Positions 50,250-62,149 of a stretch of 64,000 bases of DNA are shown in pieces. The position numbers were made by a program, and so were the translations under genes. Source of the stretch: Vicugna vicugna (taxonomy: Eukaryota); assembly GCA_013265495.1 (NCBI GenBank), contig MU061633.1:525726-589725 (forward strand), given 5' to 3'. A model generated the notes under the pieces. It made no database searches. It saw only the letters and a program-made list of their open reading frames with translations, and had not been told where the DNA came from. The number at the start of each line of letters is the position of its first letter. The stretch's first letter is position 1.

Positions 50250-50725
50250 ATTCCTCTTGCAAAGGTCTGCCATGACCCTGTTCCACAGAACCTTGGAGTC
50301 GTAAGTGCAGCCCTCTCTCCTTTCACCCGACCAGTCAAAGCCCCACTCATATCTCAACCCTCTGCTTAAGTGGAATTTCCCGAATGTCCTCTGTGTGCCC
50401 TCAGCTTGGTGGAAATTCTTCTTCTTTTTCTCCAATGAAACCTCATGCAAGTCTCTAAATATTTTCTCATTCAGAACCACCTTACCACTACCCCAACCAA
50501 CCCCTCCTTTACAATCACCGCCCTTGAATAAGATGTGTTTTATTATCTTGTCAAAATGCAGCTCTTTTCCCCAAATGCTTTGTTTTCATCCTCTGGTATT
50601 TAACATGTCTTTTAGAAAGTGTTCTGTTTGCACTCTTATCTCCCCATTGATCCAGCAGAATTTTGAGCGTGTGAATCAGATCTACTTTATCTCTGTATTC
50701 CTAAAACCTAACACTTTCCAGTTGC
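50250..50725 (+). mobile_element. L2 3' region
   Basis: gcaaaggtctgccatgaccctg...tgtgccctcagcttggtggaaattcttc...tactttatctctgtattcctaaaacctaacac. Confidence 0.6.
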
Positions 50726-51354
50726 CCAGTCAATAACTTCGTGCCATTTACAGATGGGAAACAGAGGCTCGCATTACCTAGTGAGTTAGTGCATTCAGGG
50801 CTTAAGCCCTGGCTGCATGACTCGTGGGCCACTGATAGTTCCCCTGCACGCTTCACATAAGCATGGGTCTGTCTACCATGCACACATTTTTAAAAGTGCG
50901 TCCTGTTGGAATTGGAGAAACTAACCCACATACCATGAGTGGGTAAGTTGCTATTCTAGAGAAGCCAAAGGGGAGTGTTTGAGAGAAATTACATTTTGAT
51001 AACATATTTTGAAAGCCTCCCGACCTTATTCAAGTGGGATGATTAGGAGGAACTGTACCAGAAGATGCTTGGAAAAGCCAGTGCCGTTTTCATGTGAACA
51101 AGCCCTCCGAGTCTTGTTTCAGTTTCATTCAAAACCAGTACTTGAGAACTAAATTACTAAAGGGCAGTTGTTTCCTTCTCCAGCGCTTCTGAGTTGGTGA
51201 GGCCATTATACGTGGCGTAAAGTACAGGATACGAAATGCATATATCAAGGATAATTTGGGGCTCTACAGAATCACGGCTAAGAAAAATAATTGCATTTAG
51301 TGAACATTTTTTCTCTTTAGTATGGAGTCATGTCTTTGAAAAGAATTACATTTT

Positions 51355-51560
51355 ACACATTTATTCATTATTTGGTTATCCATTCAACAAACTAATAAAT
51401 GTCTACTCTTTCATTCGTTCAGTACATTCATTCAAAAATGTCTGTTGATCTTTTGTACAGGCAGTAGTAAGCCATGGGCAGGGCATGAAGTGGTGATTGA
51501 AAGAGATGAGGTGTCTGCCCTCTCTGTGTTTCTAGTCTAAGAGCTGGGCATATAAATATT
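51355..51560 (-). mobile_element. L2 3' end
   Basis: tattcattatttggttatccattcaacaaac...gtgtctgccctctctgtgtttctagtcta. Confidence 0.6.
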
Positions 51561-52197
51561 TGCTCCTGCCCTCAAGAAAGTAGAAAATCATTCACCCTTT
51601 CTTTATTAATTCCACAAGTGCATATTGAGAATCCACACGCATTTCTGCTTCTGCCTGCTTGTGGCTGTAATTGGCTGGTTCAAAGAAAGAACAAGGAGTA
51701 AGCAGGTTGAACTGACATGCATATTCTCTGTACACATGGTTCCCCACCACGTTTTTACCAATGCAGCATCTGATAGGAGCCCTCTTGAGCAGCCCACTCT
51801 CACGCAGCAGAAAAGGAAGGGGGAAATGGATGAGAAATCAGGCCTATCACCCTATGTCTACTCTGCACCATTTTCACTAAACTCAAATCAGCACGTGACA
51901 TCTTTCGTCTTGCTAGTGCATGATTAATATGATAGTGACAGTCACCCTTTAACTTACGGAATATTTTTTAGGTATTTTGTATGTATTAAATGTTCTGAGA
52001 TACAGCAGAAAGAGCATAGGGCTCTCTTCTCAAGTGCTTTCATACTTGCTAAGAACTTGAATTCTGAAGTGGCAGCCCCAACGCCCTATAGCGGGTAGGG
52101 CTGATCTGAAGAGTTTGAATGTCTCCTTATGCAAAAGACATCTCTATGGCTTTTCAATTTCTTCAGATTTCTCCATCCTCACTCTCTCCAGTATTAC

Positions 52198-52533
52198 TGT
52201 CTTAGTCCTTTTGGGCTGATACCCACAAGCTGGGTAGCTTATAAACAACAGAAGTTTATTTTTCACAGTTCTGAAGACAGAAGCCAAGATCCGGGAGTCA
52301 GCATGGTTGGGCGAAGGCTCCTTTTCAGTTCAAGTAATTCTCATGGTATCCTCTCACGGCAGTGGGAGCTCCGTGGTCTCTTTCATATGGGCATTAATCC
52401 CATTCATGAGGGTTCCACTTTCATGACCTAATCACCCTCCAAAGGCCTACCTTCTAATACCATCACATTGGCCATTAGGATTCCAGCACTTGAATTTGGG
52501 GGAGGTGGGGACACAAACATTCAGAACATGACA
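52198..52533 (-). mobile_element. MLT1A-type MaLR LTR
   Basis: tgtcttagtcc...ttataaacaacagaagtttattt...cattcatgagggttccactttcatgacctaatcacc...gggacacaaacattcagaacatgaca. Confidence 0.92.
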
Positions 52534-52871
52534 CATACTATTTAGTCTCCTTTTCTTACAACTTCCAGCAACTATCCCTTACATGAATCCCATTGCCCTT
52601 GGATGTTAGCTTTTCCTGTTTGAGTTCCAGCAACAGTAGCAAGAGAAACGATGAGATTCTCCTGTTTGTTCATTACTTCTTTTCCTCCTGGGATAAGACA
52701 GAGGTAGGCAAGGTGAAGGACCATGGTGAACACAGCCAGAGACATAATGAGTCAACCTCAGTGAGGAGCGTTTGGTACAGTGGACAGGTTGGTCTTTCTG
52801 AGGCTGAGCTTGCCAGAGCCCCAGGTCTAGAAAGCCACCTTAGGTTAGGTTTCTGGCAATATGACCTACAC

Positions 52872-53385
52872 AGCCTCTGATTTGTTTATAGTGGACATCT
52901 GTCATGCCTCCCTCTGTGTCTTCTAGTCACACTTTACTGCTCTGGCTGTTGCTATGGTAACCACTTCTCCTCAGGTGCATCCTGACCTCACTCTCCCTCA
53001 GCTACGTGGGACAGCTGACACGTACTACCTGCATGGCCATTCAGCACATGCACACACCATAAATTCCCACCAGGTTTAGCCTTCCCAAGGTTATGGGCCT
53101 AAAACTGCTGAGTAAATAAATACTCCTCTCTCCAGTGCCTTGGGGGACAAGTCTGAGGTGCATTCTACATGGTTCCTCAGAGGTCTCCAGTGGCACCGAG
53201 CCCTCTGGGTTCTCTGCCCAGAGCAGAACCAGCTTCCTTAACTCACAGTGGAACTGGCTTTCTTGCTTTTGCTATTACTCTCCTAGTCCCTCCACTCCCA
53301 TTCCCTGAGGTCTCTATCTAAGGTAAATGATCTATGCACAAGCCCTTGTCTCTGATTCTATTTTTATGAAAATCCAAGCTAACGT
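52872..53385 (+). mobile_element. ERVL LTR (LTR16/LTR33 group), solo
   Basis: ggggacaagtctgaggtgcattctacatggttcctcagaggtctccagtggcaccgagccc...ccttgtctctgattc...aatccaagctaac. Confidence 0.75.
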
Positions 53386-53419
53386 GTGAAACAACATTTT
53401 GTAATCCTTTTAAAAGGAC

Positions 53420-53830
53420 ATGTGACATGATTAAAAAGTAAGGAAATATTCCTAGGACAAAACATGGAGGAAACACATATTCAGAGAGGTGAGCAAGCAG
53501 TCAAGTTCAGGGCGTCATCCTAGGGGTATCTGCTGACTTGTGGCAGCTCAAAGCCTGAGTTTTAAATAAACACATACAGACAAGAGATAAAAGTTAGACC
53601 AATTCAACGGATTTGAGTCCCCCTTCTCCACATAAAACCAGAACTCCTGACATATGACACCTCTGGAGAAAAAGAGAGACTAAAATATAAGCACCCAGAT
53701 AAAAGAAGCAAGAAAATTTAATTGTATTTGCCTTGGCTTTTGTGGGGGGAAGATAAATTGGTCTCCCTTGAGGGTTTGTAATTATACTCTACGGATCATG
53801 AGATTTGTAGCTTAGAATTAGACCTCTTTG
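53420..53830 (+). mobile_element. Probable ancient L1 5'-region fragment
   Basis: gtccccttctccacataaaaccagaactcc...tttgccttggcttttgtggggg resembles L1ME/L1M5 5' pieces. Confidence 0.4.
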
Positions 53831-54685
53831 AAATGAAGAATATACTTTAAAGGGGTTCTAGCATTGTAGAAGCTAGGTCACTGTGTAATTCTGGGTCATC
53901 CTAAAATGTGCTTTCTCTTTTACTTGAACTCCACCCTTTCCGTTTTGTGCTGTGATTCAGCCAGCCTTTTCCCAGTCTACTTAAAACCTACTCATCTTAC
54001 GTTGTAAAAGCAAATTATGGAATTTGGGTATGATTTTGGAGACTGTGGGAGGCATGAAAGTCTTTTGAGTGGTATGATTCAAATAGTAACAATTTCCTAG
54101 AATGGAATGCTCTATAGACTACTGTGTTTACTCCCAAAAGATTCTTCAATGTTTTATGGTGATTTGATTATGATAGAACAATGCTCCAAACGTTGGAAAA
54201 ACATTGAATAAATATAACACAATATACCTGAAATTACTGTAGGACTTGATTCTTACTAGCCTCAAATGCAATCTATATTGATTTTCTTTTAAAACATGTG
54301 GTTTAGAAAGAAAAGTAATAACCATCTCAATTCAAATAGAGATTGAAATATTTTCACCTATTTTGAAGTCAACCAAGGGGAAAGAATTCTCCACAAATAC
54401 TCCCACAAATAGAGAATGTCCTTTGGCAGAGCTGGGGAATTAAACGGTGAATTTCTCATTTTCATTGGATTGGTGAGTGTGGCGAGAATATAAAAGCAAA
54501 ACTGAGAGGTCCCATCTCTATAGCAAGGTGTTGATAAGGAACAGAATCCCACCCTTGACTCCGTATTTTACCGCAATGAATCTGTCTCTAAAGACTCACA
54601 TTAACAGGTGCTTTATGATGCTTTCCGGGTGAAGGCCAATGTATGCCCTCTACGAAATGTGTCTGAGCAGCAAGAAGACTGAGAT

Positions 54686-55040
54686 CATTATTGAGCTGTA
54701 ATCGACATATGACATTGTGTAAATTTAAGGTGTACAACGTATTAATTTGATACACTTATATATTGCAAAAAGATTATCACCATAGCATTGGCTAACATCT
54801 CATCTGGTCACATAATTACCATTTTCTTTTTGATCTACTCTCAGCAACTTTCAAGTATATAATACTGTATTATTAGCTGTAATCACTTACATTGCATTAG
54901 AGTCACAGAACTTGTTAATCTGAAAGTTTGTACATTTTGACCCAAATCTCCCCATTTCTTGCACCCCACAGCCCTGGAAACCACCACTCTACATTGCTTT
55001 TCTGACTTGGCTTCTTTCGACTCTACATATAAGTGATATC
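54686..55040 (-). mobile_element. L1MA9-type 3' end
   Basis: tattgagctgtaatcgacatatgacattgtgtaaatttaaggtgtacaac...tctactctcagcaactttcaagtatataatac. Confidence 0.9.
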
Positions 55041-55189
55041 TTTAATTCTTGATGTATCTATTCCAATTCTTCACCTGGCTTCACTCCTGGGCTTGTAAAT
55101 TTAAATTCCCTTCCAGAATTGATGTTACCCTTTGAAAGAGTGAATGTCTGTGCACGTTTCACCTAAGCTGCCTCATACAGCTTCTAGTA

Positions 55190-55937
55190 AATCAGAAGAC
55201 TTTTTCAATGATACAAATTTTTTGCCACGTAGACTGCTATCTGGTCCTTTATTATGAATGTTCCATTTACACTTCAAAGTAATGTATGTTTTCTAATTAT
55301 GGAGCATAATTTGGGCTCTGTACTTGTCCAATAGCTTGAGCTTATTGATGCATTACCCACATTGTCTACATGCTTATTAATTTTGCATTCATTCCTCTAT
55401 TAGTTTCTGAGAGAAGTGTAGTTAAAAACTCTCACTGTACTGGTGGCTTTGTGAATTTCCATTTTGAATTCTATTGATTTTTAGGAAGTGTTATATCTTT
55501 CTAATGAAATGTAACTTACAATCATCATATAGTGCATTATAATAATATATATCTCATATTACTTAAAATCTATGTGCTTGATTTTAATGTTCCTATATCA
55601 TTTTTCTATTAAGTCTAGGGTTTGCCTAACATATTTCTCTACCCTTTTAATTTCAGCCTTTCTTATAGACAGTATGTAGTTAAATATTTCCAATTTTTTT
55701 TCTTTACTGGTAAGCCTCTTTCATTCTTAAAATGTATATTGGTAATTGCAAATATATTTTGATTTATTTTACCACCTTATTTTCTGCTTTCTATATATTC
55801 TGCTTTTTCTAAGCTTTTTTCTCCCCTCTTGCCTTCTTCTGACTGACTGATTCTTTTTCATTTATTATCCCTCTATTTGTTCAAAATTATAGATTCTATG
55901 CCTTCTCTTATGCTATGCTTAAAATAGTAACATTCAC
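55190..55937 (-). mobile_element. Old L1 (L1ME-type) endonuclease / inter-ORF region
   Basis: ttagtttctgagagaagtgtagttaaaaactctcactgtactggtggctttgtg...gggtttgcctaacatatttctctaccc. Confidence 0.7.
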
Positions 55938-56097
55938 NNNNNNNNNNNNNNNNNNNNNNNNNNNNNNNNNNNNNNNNNNNNNNNNNNNNNNNNNNNNNNN
56001 NNNNNNNNNNNNNNNNNNNNNNNNNNNNNNNNNNNNNNNNNNNNNNNNNNNNNNNNNNNNNNNNNNNNNNNNNNNNNNNNNNNNNNNNNNNNNNNNN
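55938..56097. other. Assembly gap (160 N)
   Basis: Run of N counted directly. Confidence 1.
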
Positions 56098-57235
56098 TGA
56101 CCCCACATTGATGGAGTCAACTGATTTTTTTTTTTTACAAAGAAGCAAAAGGAGTACAATGGAGCAAAGGTAGACTCCTCTACAAGTGGTTGTGGAACAA
56201 CTTGACATCCACATGCAAAAATAATAATAATAACAAATCTAGACACAGATCTTACACTCTTCACAAAAATTAACTCAAAGTGGATCATAGACCTAAACAG
56301 AAACGTAAAATTACAAAACCCCTACAATATAACATAGGAGAAAATTTAGATGATCTTAGATTTGGTGATGTCTGTTTAGATACAACACCAAGGGCATGCT
56401 ACATGAAACAAATAATTCATAAGCTGGACTTCATTAAAATTAAAAACTTCTACTCTGCGAAGAACAATATTAAGACAATTAGACGACAATCTTTAGACCA
56501 GGAGAAAAAAAAATTTTAAAGAAACCACATCTGATAAAAGACTATTATCCAAAATATATAAAGAACTCCTAAAACTCAACAATAAGAAAACAAACAACCT
56601 GATTAAAAATGTGCCAAAACCTTAACAAGCATCTCATCAAAGTAGATATACAGATGGAAAATGAAATATGAAAAGATACTCCACATCATATGTCATCAAG
56701 GAAATACAAATTAAAACAACAAGGAGATATCACCACACAGTTAGAATCCGGAGCCCTGACAACACCAAATGCTGATGAGGATGTGGAGCAACAGGAACTC
56801 TCATACTTTGCTAGTGAGAAAACAAAGTGGTACAGCCACTTTGGAAGACAGTTTGTCACTCTCGTACAAAACTAAACATGCTCTTACCATATAATTCAGC
56901 AATGGCATTCTTTGGTACTTACCAAAAGGAGTTGAAAACACATGTCCACACAAAGATCTGCACACTGATGTCTACGGCAGCTTTATTCTTAATTGCCAAA
57001 ACTTGAAAGCAACCAAAATGTCTTTCAGTAGGTAAACAGATAAATTGTGGTACATCCAGACACTGCAATATCATTAAGCACTAAAAGTAAATGAGTTATC
57101 AAGTCATGAAATGACATAAAGAAATCTTATATGCATATTGCTAGTGAAAAAAAGCCAATCTGAAAAGTCTAAATACTGTATGATTCCAACTACATACTAG
57201 AAAAGGCAAAACCATGGAGCCAATAAAAAGATCAG
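56098..57235 (+). mobile_element. L1MC1-like LINE-1, ORF2 end plus first part of 3' UTR
   Basis: acacagatcttacactcttcacaaaaattaactcaaagtggatcatagacctaaac...aaaagccaatctgaaaagtctaaatactgtatgattccaact...aaaaagatcag. Confidence 0.88.
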
Positions 57236-57240
57236 ATTTT

Positions 57241-58866
57241 TAAGAGAGGAGTAGTGTCAGCAACATGGTGGAGTGAAAAGCTACCTTTGTCTCTCCCCTT
57301 CAGCCTACAACCAGTAAAACACCCACAATGAAACAAAAGTGCCTCTGCCCAATACAACAGGATGCTGGAAAATTCCACACACCTGTACATTTAAAGGTGG
57401 GTGAACTTGAACACATAGAGGAGGTAGAACCAAGGGAAAAGCAGAGGCAATGCCTGCAGTGCCACCCTTCTGATTGCAGTAGCTGTGCCCACAGCCCAGT
57501 TACCTGGGCAGCAGGGTCAGTGGGACCTGAGACCTCATCCCTCCAGCCACTGAGGTGCCTGTGACTGCAGTCCCCATGCCCTCACCCACAGCAGCAAAGC
57601 CCATGAACCTTACAACACCAGACACGGCAGAGGCACCTGCCTCCCCTTCGCCCAGCAGTGGTGGAGTCTGTGACTCAGGGGATCCCAGACATGGCAAAAG
57701 TACCCACCATTATGATTCACCAAGTGACACCACCAGTGACGCTGGTAGAAGCAAGGCACCAGTGACTCTGGAGGCACAAAAATCAATAATGAGGGTACAG
57801 AGCTTCACCTTTAACAGAGATAGCAAAGGTGGGGAAGGGCAGACTCAACCAGAGGAAGCTCAGGTAAGAGAAACCAAAAAAAGTGTGCTACAGCACCACC
57901 TACTGGAAAACAAAAGAAAGGCCTCCAGTTCTAACCTGTCACCGCTTCAAAAGCAGGAGCAGAACTCATCAAGCACCACGAAGAACCACAGTTACACAGT
58001 ACTAGAAAACAAAACGACAATTCTCCAGCAACCAAACTTAAAGCCAAAGAATATTGCAATCTACCTGAGAAAGAATTCAAAATGGCTGTCGTAAGGAAAC
58101 TCAATGAGATACAAGAAAACTCAGTTCAATGAGCTCAGGAATAAAATTAATGAACAGAAGAAGAAGAAGAAAAAAAAACTTTACAAAGAGGTTGAGACTC
58201 TAAAACAAAGAACCAAACAGAAAAATGCTGGAACTGAATAACTCAGTTGATGGGATGAAAAATGCATTAGAGCACTGGTAATAGAGTAGACCATATGGAA
58301 GAGAGAATTAGCAAGCTTGAAGACAGAAATCTAGAAATGATACAACTAGAAGAGGAAAGAGAAATAAGATATTTTCAAAATGAGGAAGTTCTACAAAAGT
58401 GATGTGACTCTTTTAGGAAGGGCCACATTGGGCTAATCCCATAAGAAGAGAGGGAGGAAGGAGCAGAGAGTTTTAAGGAATAATAGCTGAGAACTTCCCA
58501 AACCTGGGGAAAGAACTGGATATACTAGTTAATGAAGCTAAGAAAACATTTAATTAGCTCAATGCAAAAAGGCCTTCTCCAAGACACATTATATTAAAAT
58601 GGTCAAAAGTCAATGACAACGAAAGAATTTAAAGGCAGCCAGGGAAAAAATGATGGCAACTTACAAATACTTCCATCAGGTTATCAGCAGATTTCTCAGT
58701 AGAAACTCTGCAGGCAAGGAGGGAGTGGAATGACATCCTCAAAATACTGAAAGATAAAACCTGTCACCCAAGAACACTCTATCCAGCAAAGTTGTCATTC
58801 AGACATAAAAGAGAGAAAAAATAGACTTTCCCAGACAAACAAAAACTGAGGGAATTCATCAACAGC
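57241..58866 (+). mobile_element. Younger laurasiatherian L1: 5' UTR and decayed ORF1 (about 57975-58866)
   Basis: gtcagcaacatggtggagtg start; ORF1 motifs gagaaagaattcaaaatggctgtc, gctgagaacttcccaaacctgggg, ccttctccaagacacattata, cagcagatttctcagtagaaactctgcaggc, with frameshifts and stops. Confidence 0.9.
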
Positions 58867-59472
58867 TATTCAGCAGCTCTGCCCATTTTTTAATCAGAAT
58901 GCTTTTTGGTATTGAGTTGTATGTGTTCTTTATAAATTTGAATAATGACCCCTTACTGGATCCATCCTTTGCAAATATCTTTGTCTATTTGGGGGATTGT
59001 CTTGTAATTTCCTTTGCTGTGCAGAAGCCTTTTCGGTTTCAGGTAAGTTCCTTTCATCTTTCATATCCACTTTATTGAGAGGTGTTTCTTTGTTTGTTTT
59101 TACCATAAATCAGTGTTGAATCTTGTCAAGGGCTTTTTCTGCACCTCTTGAGGTGATGATATGGTTTTTATCTTTCGTTTTGTTAATGTGGGGTATCACA
59201 ACTGATTTGTGGATATTGCGTTCTTGCATCCCTGGATAAATCTCATTTGGTCGTAGTATATCTTCATTTCAATGTATTGTTGTATTTGGTTTTCTAATCT
59301 TTTTGGGTGAGGATTTTTTGCATCTATATTTATCAGTGATACTGGCTTGTAATTTTCTTTTTGGTGTTGTATTTGTCTGATTTTGGCATCAGGGTGATGT
59401 TGGCTTTGTAAAATGAGTTAGGAAGCATTCTGTCCTCTTTACTTTTTTGGAAGAGTTTGAGAAGGATAGGTA
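58867..59472 (-). mobile_element. Two inverted L1 ORF2 segments (C-terminal region 58867-59050; RT N-terminal region 59055-59472)
   Basis: tttcctttgctgtgcagaagcc (reverse FCTAKE region); ttttggcatcagggtgatgttggc and ttttttggaagagtttgagaaggatagg (reverse RT region). Confidence 0.85.
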
Positions 59473-59522
59473 ACTAAAGAAGTAAATATTTTAAGAGATT
59501 GCTAAAAAGAAAAAAAAAAATA

Positions 59523-59885
59523 CCAGTGGTTTCAACTTGTGTGTGGGGGAGATAAATAAGCACAGTGAATTTTTAGGGCAGTTAAAATACTCTGCTACTA
59601 TAATGATGGGCACGCCATTATACATTTATTCACTTACACAAACCTGCAGAATGTACCCCAGGAGTGAACCTTAAAGTAAACTATGAATTTGGTCGATTGT
59701 GACATGTCAATGTAGATTCATTCTTGGTAGAAAAAAAAAAAACTTCCATTCTAGTGAGTGATGTTTGCAATGCTGGAGGTTATACATGTGTGGAGGCAAG
59801 GATATATGGGAAATATCTGTACTTTCCTCCCATTTTTTTTTTTTTTGGAAACCTAAAAGTGCTCTAAAAAGTAAAATCTTAAGCA
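59523..59885 (+). mobile_element. L1MC1-like 3' UTR, resumption of 56098-57235
   Basis: cagtgg...tttttagggcagttaaaatactctg...gagtgaaccttaaagtaaactatg...gatatatgggaaatatctgtact...ctaaaagtgctctaaaaag. Confidence 0.88.
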
Positions 59886-59889
59886 AAAA

Positions 59890-60335
59890 GATTGTAAGAG
59901 ACAATATTGGAAAGAATGTAAGGAAATCAACACACTCTTATGTTGCTGATAAAAGTATTAATTCCTAGAAACTGCTTGAAAATCAACCTTGCAGTATCTC
60001 TTAAAATTAATAATGGTGATACCCTGTAATTTATCAGTGACATTGGATGATCTTTCTTACAGATATAAAAGCTACAATATAAAGATATAAGTGCACAGAT
60101 AGTTACTACAGTATTGTTTAAAAATGAAAAACCAAGCTAGAAACAACCTGAATGTTCATTAAGTAAGAGAATGGATAGTAAGTTATGTTACATCTACCCC
60201 ATAAAATAGTGTATCTGTTTCAAAAAGAATGATTTCTATTTATATACATTCACATGGGAGGATGTCCACGAAACATAGTTAAGCAAATTAACAAGTCTCA
60301 GAATAATTTATAAAGAATGACTGTTTTTTAAAAGG
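59890..60335 (+). mobile_element. L1ME-type ORF2 end / 3' UTR
   Basis: ttgaaaatcaaccttgcagtatctcttaaaatt...gctagaaacaacctgaatgttcattaagtaagagaatggata. Confidence 0.8.
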
Positions 60336-60544
60336 AAAAGGAATGAGCGTTTACATCTATAGGTATATACAATATTTCAGCAAGCCCTACATACAATCTA
60401 TCATGACACATTATTAACTTACACCACAAGAAAGAACGAAATGTACTTCCTTTTTAAACAGTGAGGTAGCTCTAAGTGTTAGATGCCTGCCAATTTCAGT
60501 GACATTCAAATGTTTAAAAAATACATCTTAAGATCAATGAAATT

Positions 60545-60660
60545 CAACATATTGAGTAAGCATTTCTTTACTGAGTGCCTATTATATACCAGATATACCA
60601 GGCACTGGAGGTACAACAGAGAACAAAACAGATAAATATTTCTACCTTCAAGTTTCTTGT
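60545..60660 (-). mobile_element. L2 3' fragment
   Basis: tttactgagtgcctattatatacc...ccaggcactggaggtacaacagagaacaaaacaga. Confidence 0.65.
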
Positions 60661-61634
60661 ATTTTCTGTAACTTCTGTTCAGTGTTTTCAGAGTATAAAG
60701 TAAAGTATGGAGGAATACAAATCAAAATAATTAATATCATTATCTCAGGTAAGTAGGCCTGAGTGCTTTGATACGTGACCACAATCATGTATTACTTTAG
60801 TAACTCTAAAAAAATTAATAAAATATATTTAAAGATGGTTATTTATTCATAGGTATTAGACTATCAGAAATATTTTTATCTATCCTGACAATGTCTAGGG
60901 CCAGACAGTTCAGGGATGTGGTCCCTGTGACTCTGGAAAAGGACCAAGCCACTATCACCCATCCCTGCCTTCTGCACTGCGGATGTGAGAATTGGAATCC
61001 TCCAGCCTGACTGATCCCTAATTTAGGAGACAGTCACCATAACTCCACAAAGGGCTGAATTTAATTTCACAGCCATTTCGTTCCTGCGTGGCATTTGTAG
61101 AGCTGGAACACTTGGCTGCCTTTTACGGACAGTCATTCTGTTGCATCTTACCCATTTGATAATGGCTCTCAGACTAGGGTCTATTTCATGCTTCTTCTCT
61201 CTCAAGGGCTGTCATTTCCTGAAAGCTCAGATCTCTTTAAAAGTGCCACACGTCCCCCAGACAAATAAGGGCTGCAGATGTCGGCGGGACAGCAGCTGTT
61301 AAGGCTGTGAGCACACTGGCCTCTGTAGAGCTTCTCGGCACAAGCTTTTAATGATGTTTTTACATGCCAGTGGAAAGACCGGAAATCCTTCAAGTCTTTC
61401 AGGGAGGACGACAGTAGTTCTGACTATTCTTCAGTGTGTCTTTCTTTTTTCTTTTCTTTTTTTTAATCATCATAGTTCTAATGGTTGAGTTGATGGGATT
61501 ATGGACAACCTGACGCTGACTTTGGGAGAAGGATTTGTGAGGTTACAGGGAGAAAAAGTACTAGCAGCTTGTATTTAGGAAATTCTTTCATTCACTTAGC
61601 GCATGTTCTTTCTGTCTCCTTTGAGGGATGGATA

Positions 61635-61887
61635 CTTAACATGGAAGTTAAGAGCAGGGATTCTGAGGTCATCTGACTTGTGTTTGAGTCTTAGTTCTAC
61701 AACCAATAGCTTCGTGGATATGGGAAGATAATTTAATCTTTGAATGTCTCACTTTCCCGTCCATAAAACAGGATTAATACTTGTATGCATTTCAAGGTCA
61801 TAACAAGGATAAAGTAAGATAATATATGTAAAGCACTTAGCGCAGTACCTGGCACATCATGAGTGCTCACTATATTTTAGTTGCTAT
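61635..61887 (+). mobile_element. MIR SINE (near full length)
   Basis: gttaagagcagggattctgaggtc...tatatgtaaagcacttagcgcagtacctggcacatcatgagtgctca. Confidence 0.85.
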
Positions 61888-62149
61888 CTGCTAGGCACTA
61901 AAAAACCAGTAGGACTTCGAAAACTTAGCTGGAACCGTGGATACAAATTGATGGTCGAAATTTACCTTACTCTTTTGGTGTGTGAATCCCAAACCAAAAC
62001 ATTCAGTGGAATAATTGATCTAGAATCGGAGAAACCCTAGAGATCTGTCAGATGCAAAAGGGAGACCACCGAGGAACCCCCATAACACAAAACGTGTGAT
62101 TAGCTCACCAAAACAAACAAACAAAAACAAAAAAACCCACAATTGGAAA

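Noticed and set aside
50305-50736. 143-aa ORF
   Set aside because: Coincides with an L2 fragment; F/L/S-rich chance frame.
55873-56288. ORFs containing X runs
   Set aside because: Artefacts of translating through the N gap.
57555-58094. Longest ORF (179 aa) as a gene
   Set aside because: It lies in the L1 5' UTR and runs into decayed ORF1; the low-complexity P/S/T-rich peptide comes from L1 5' UTR repeats.
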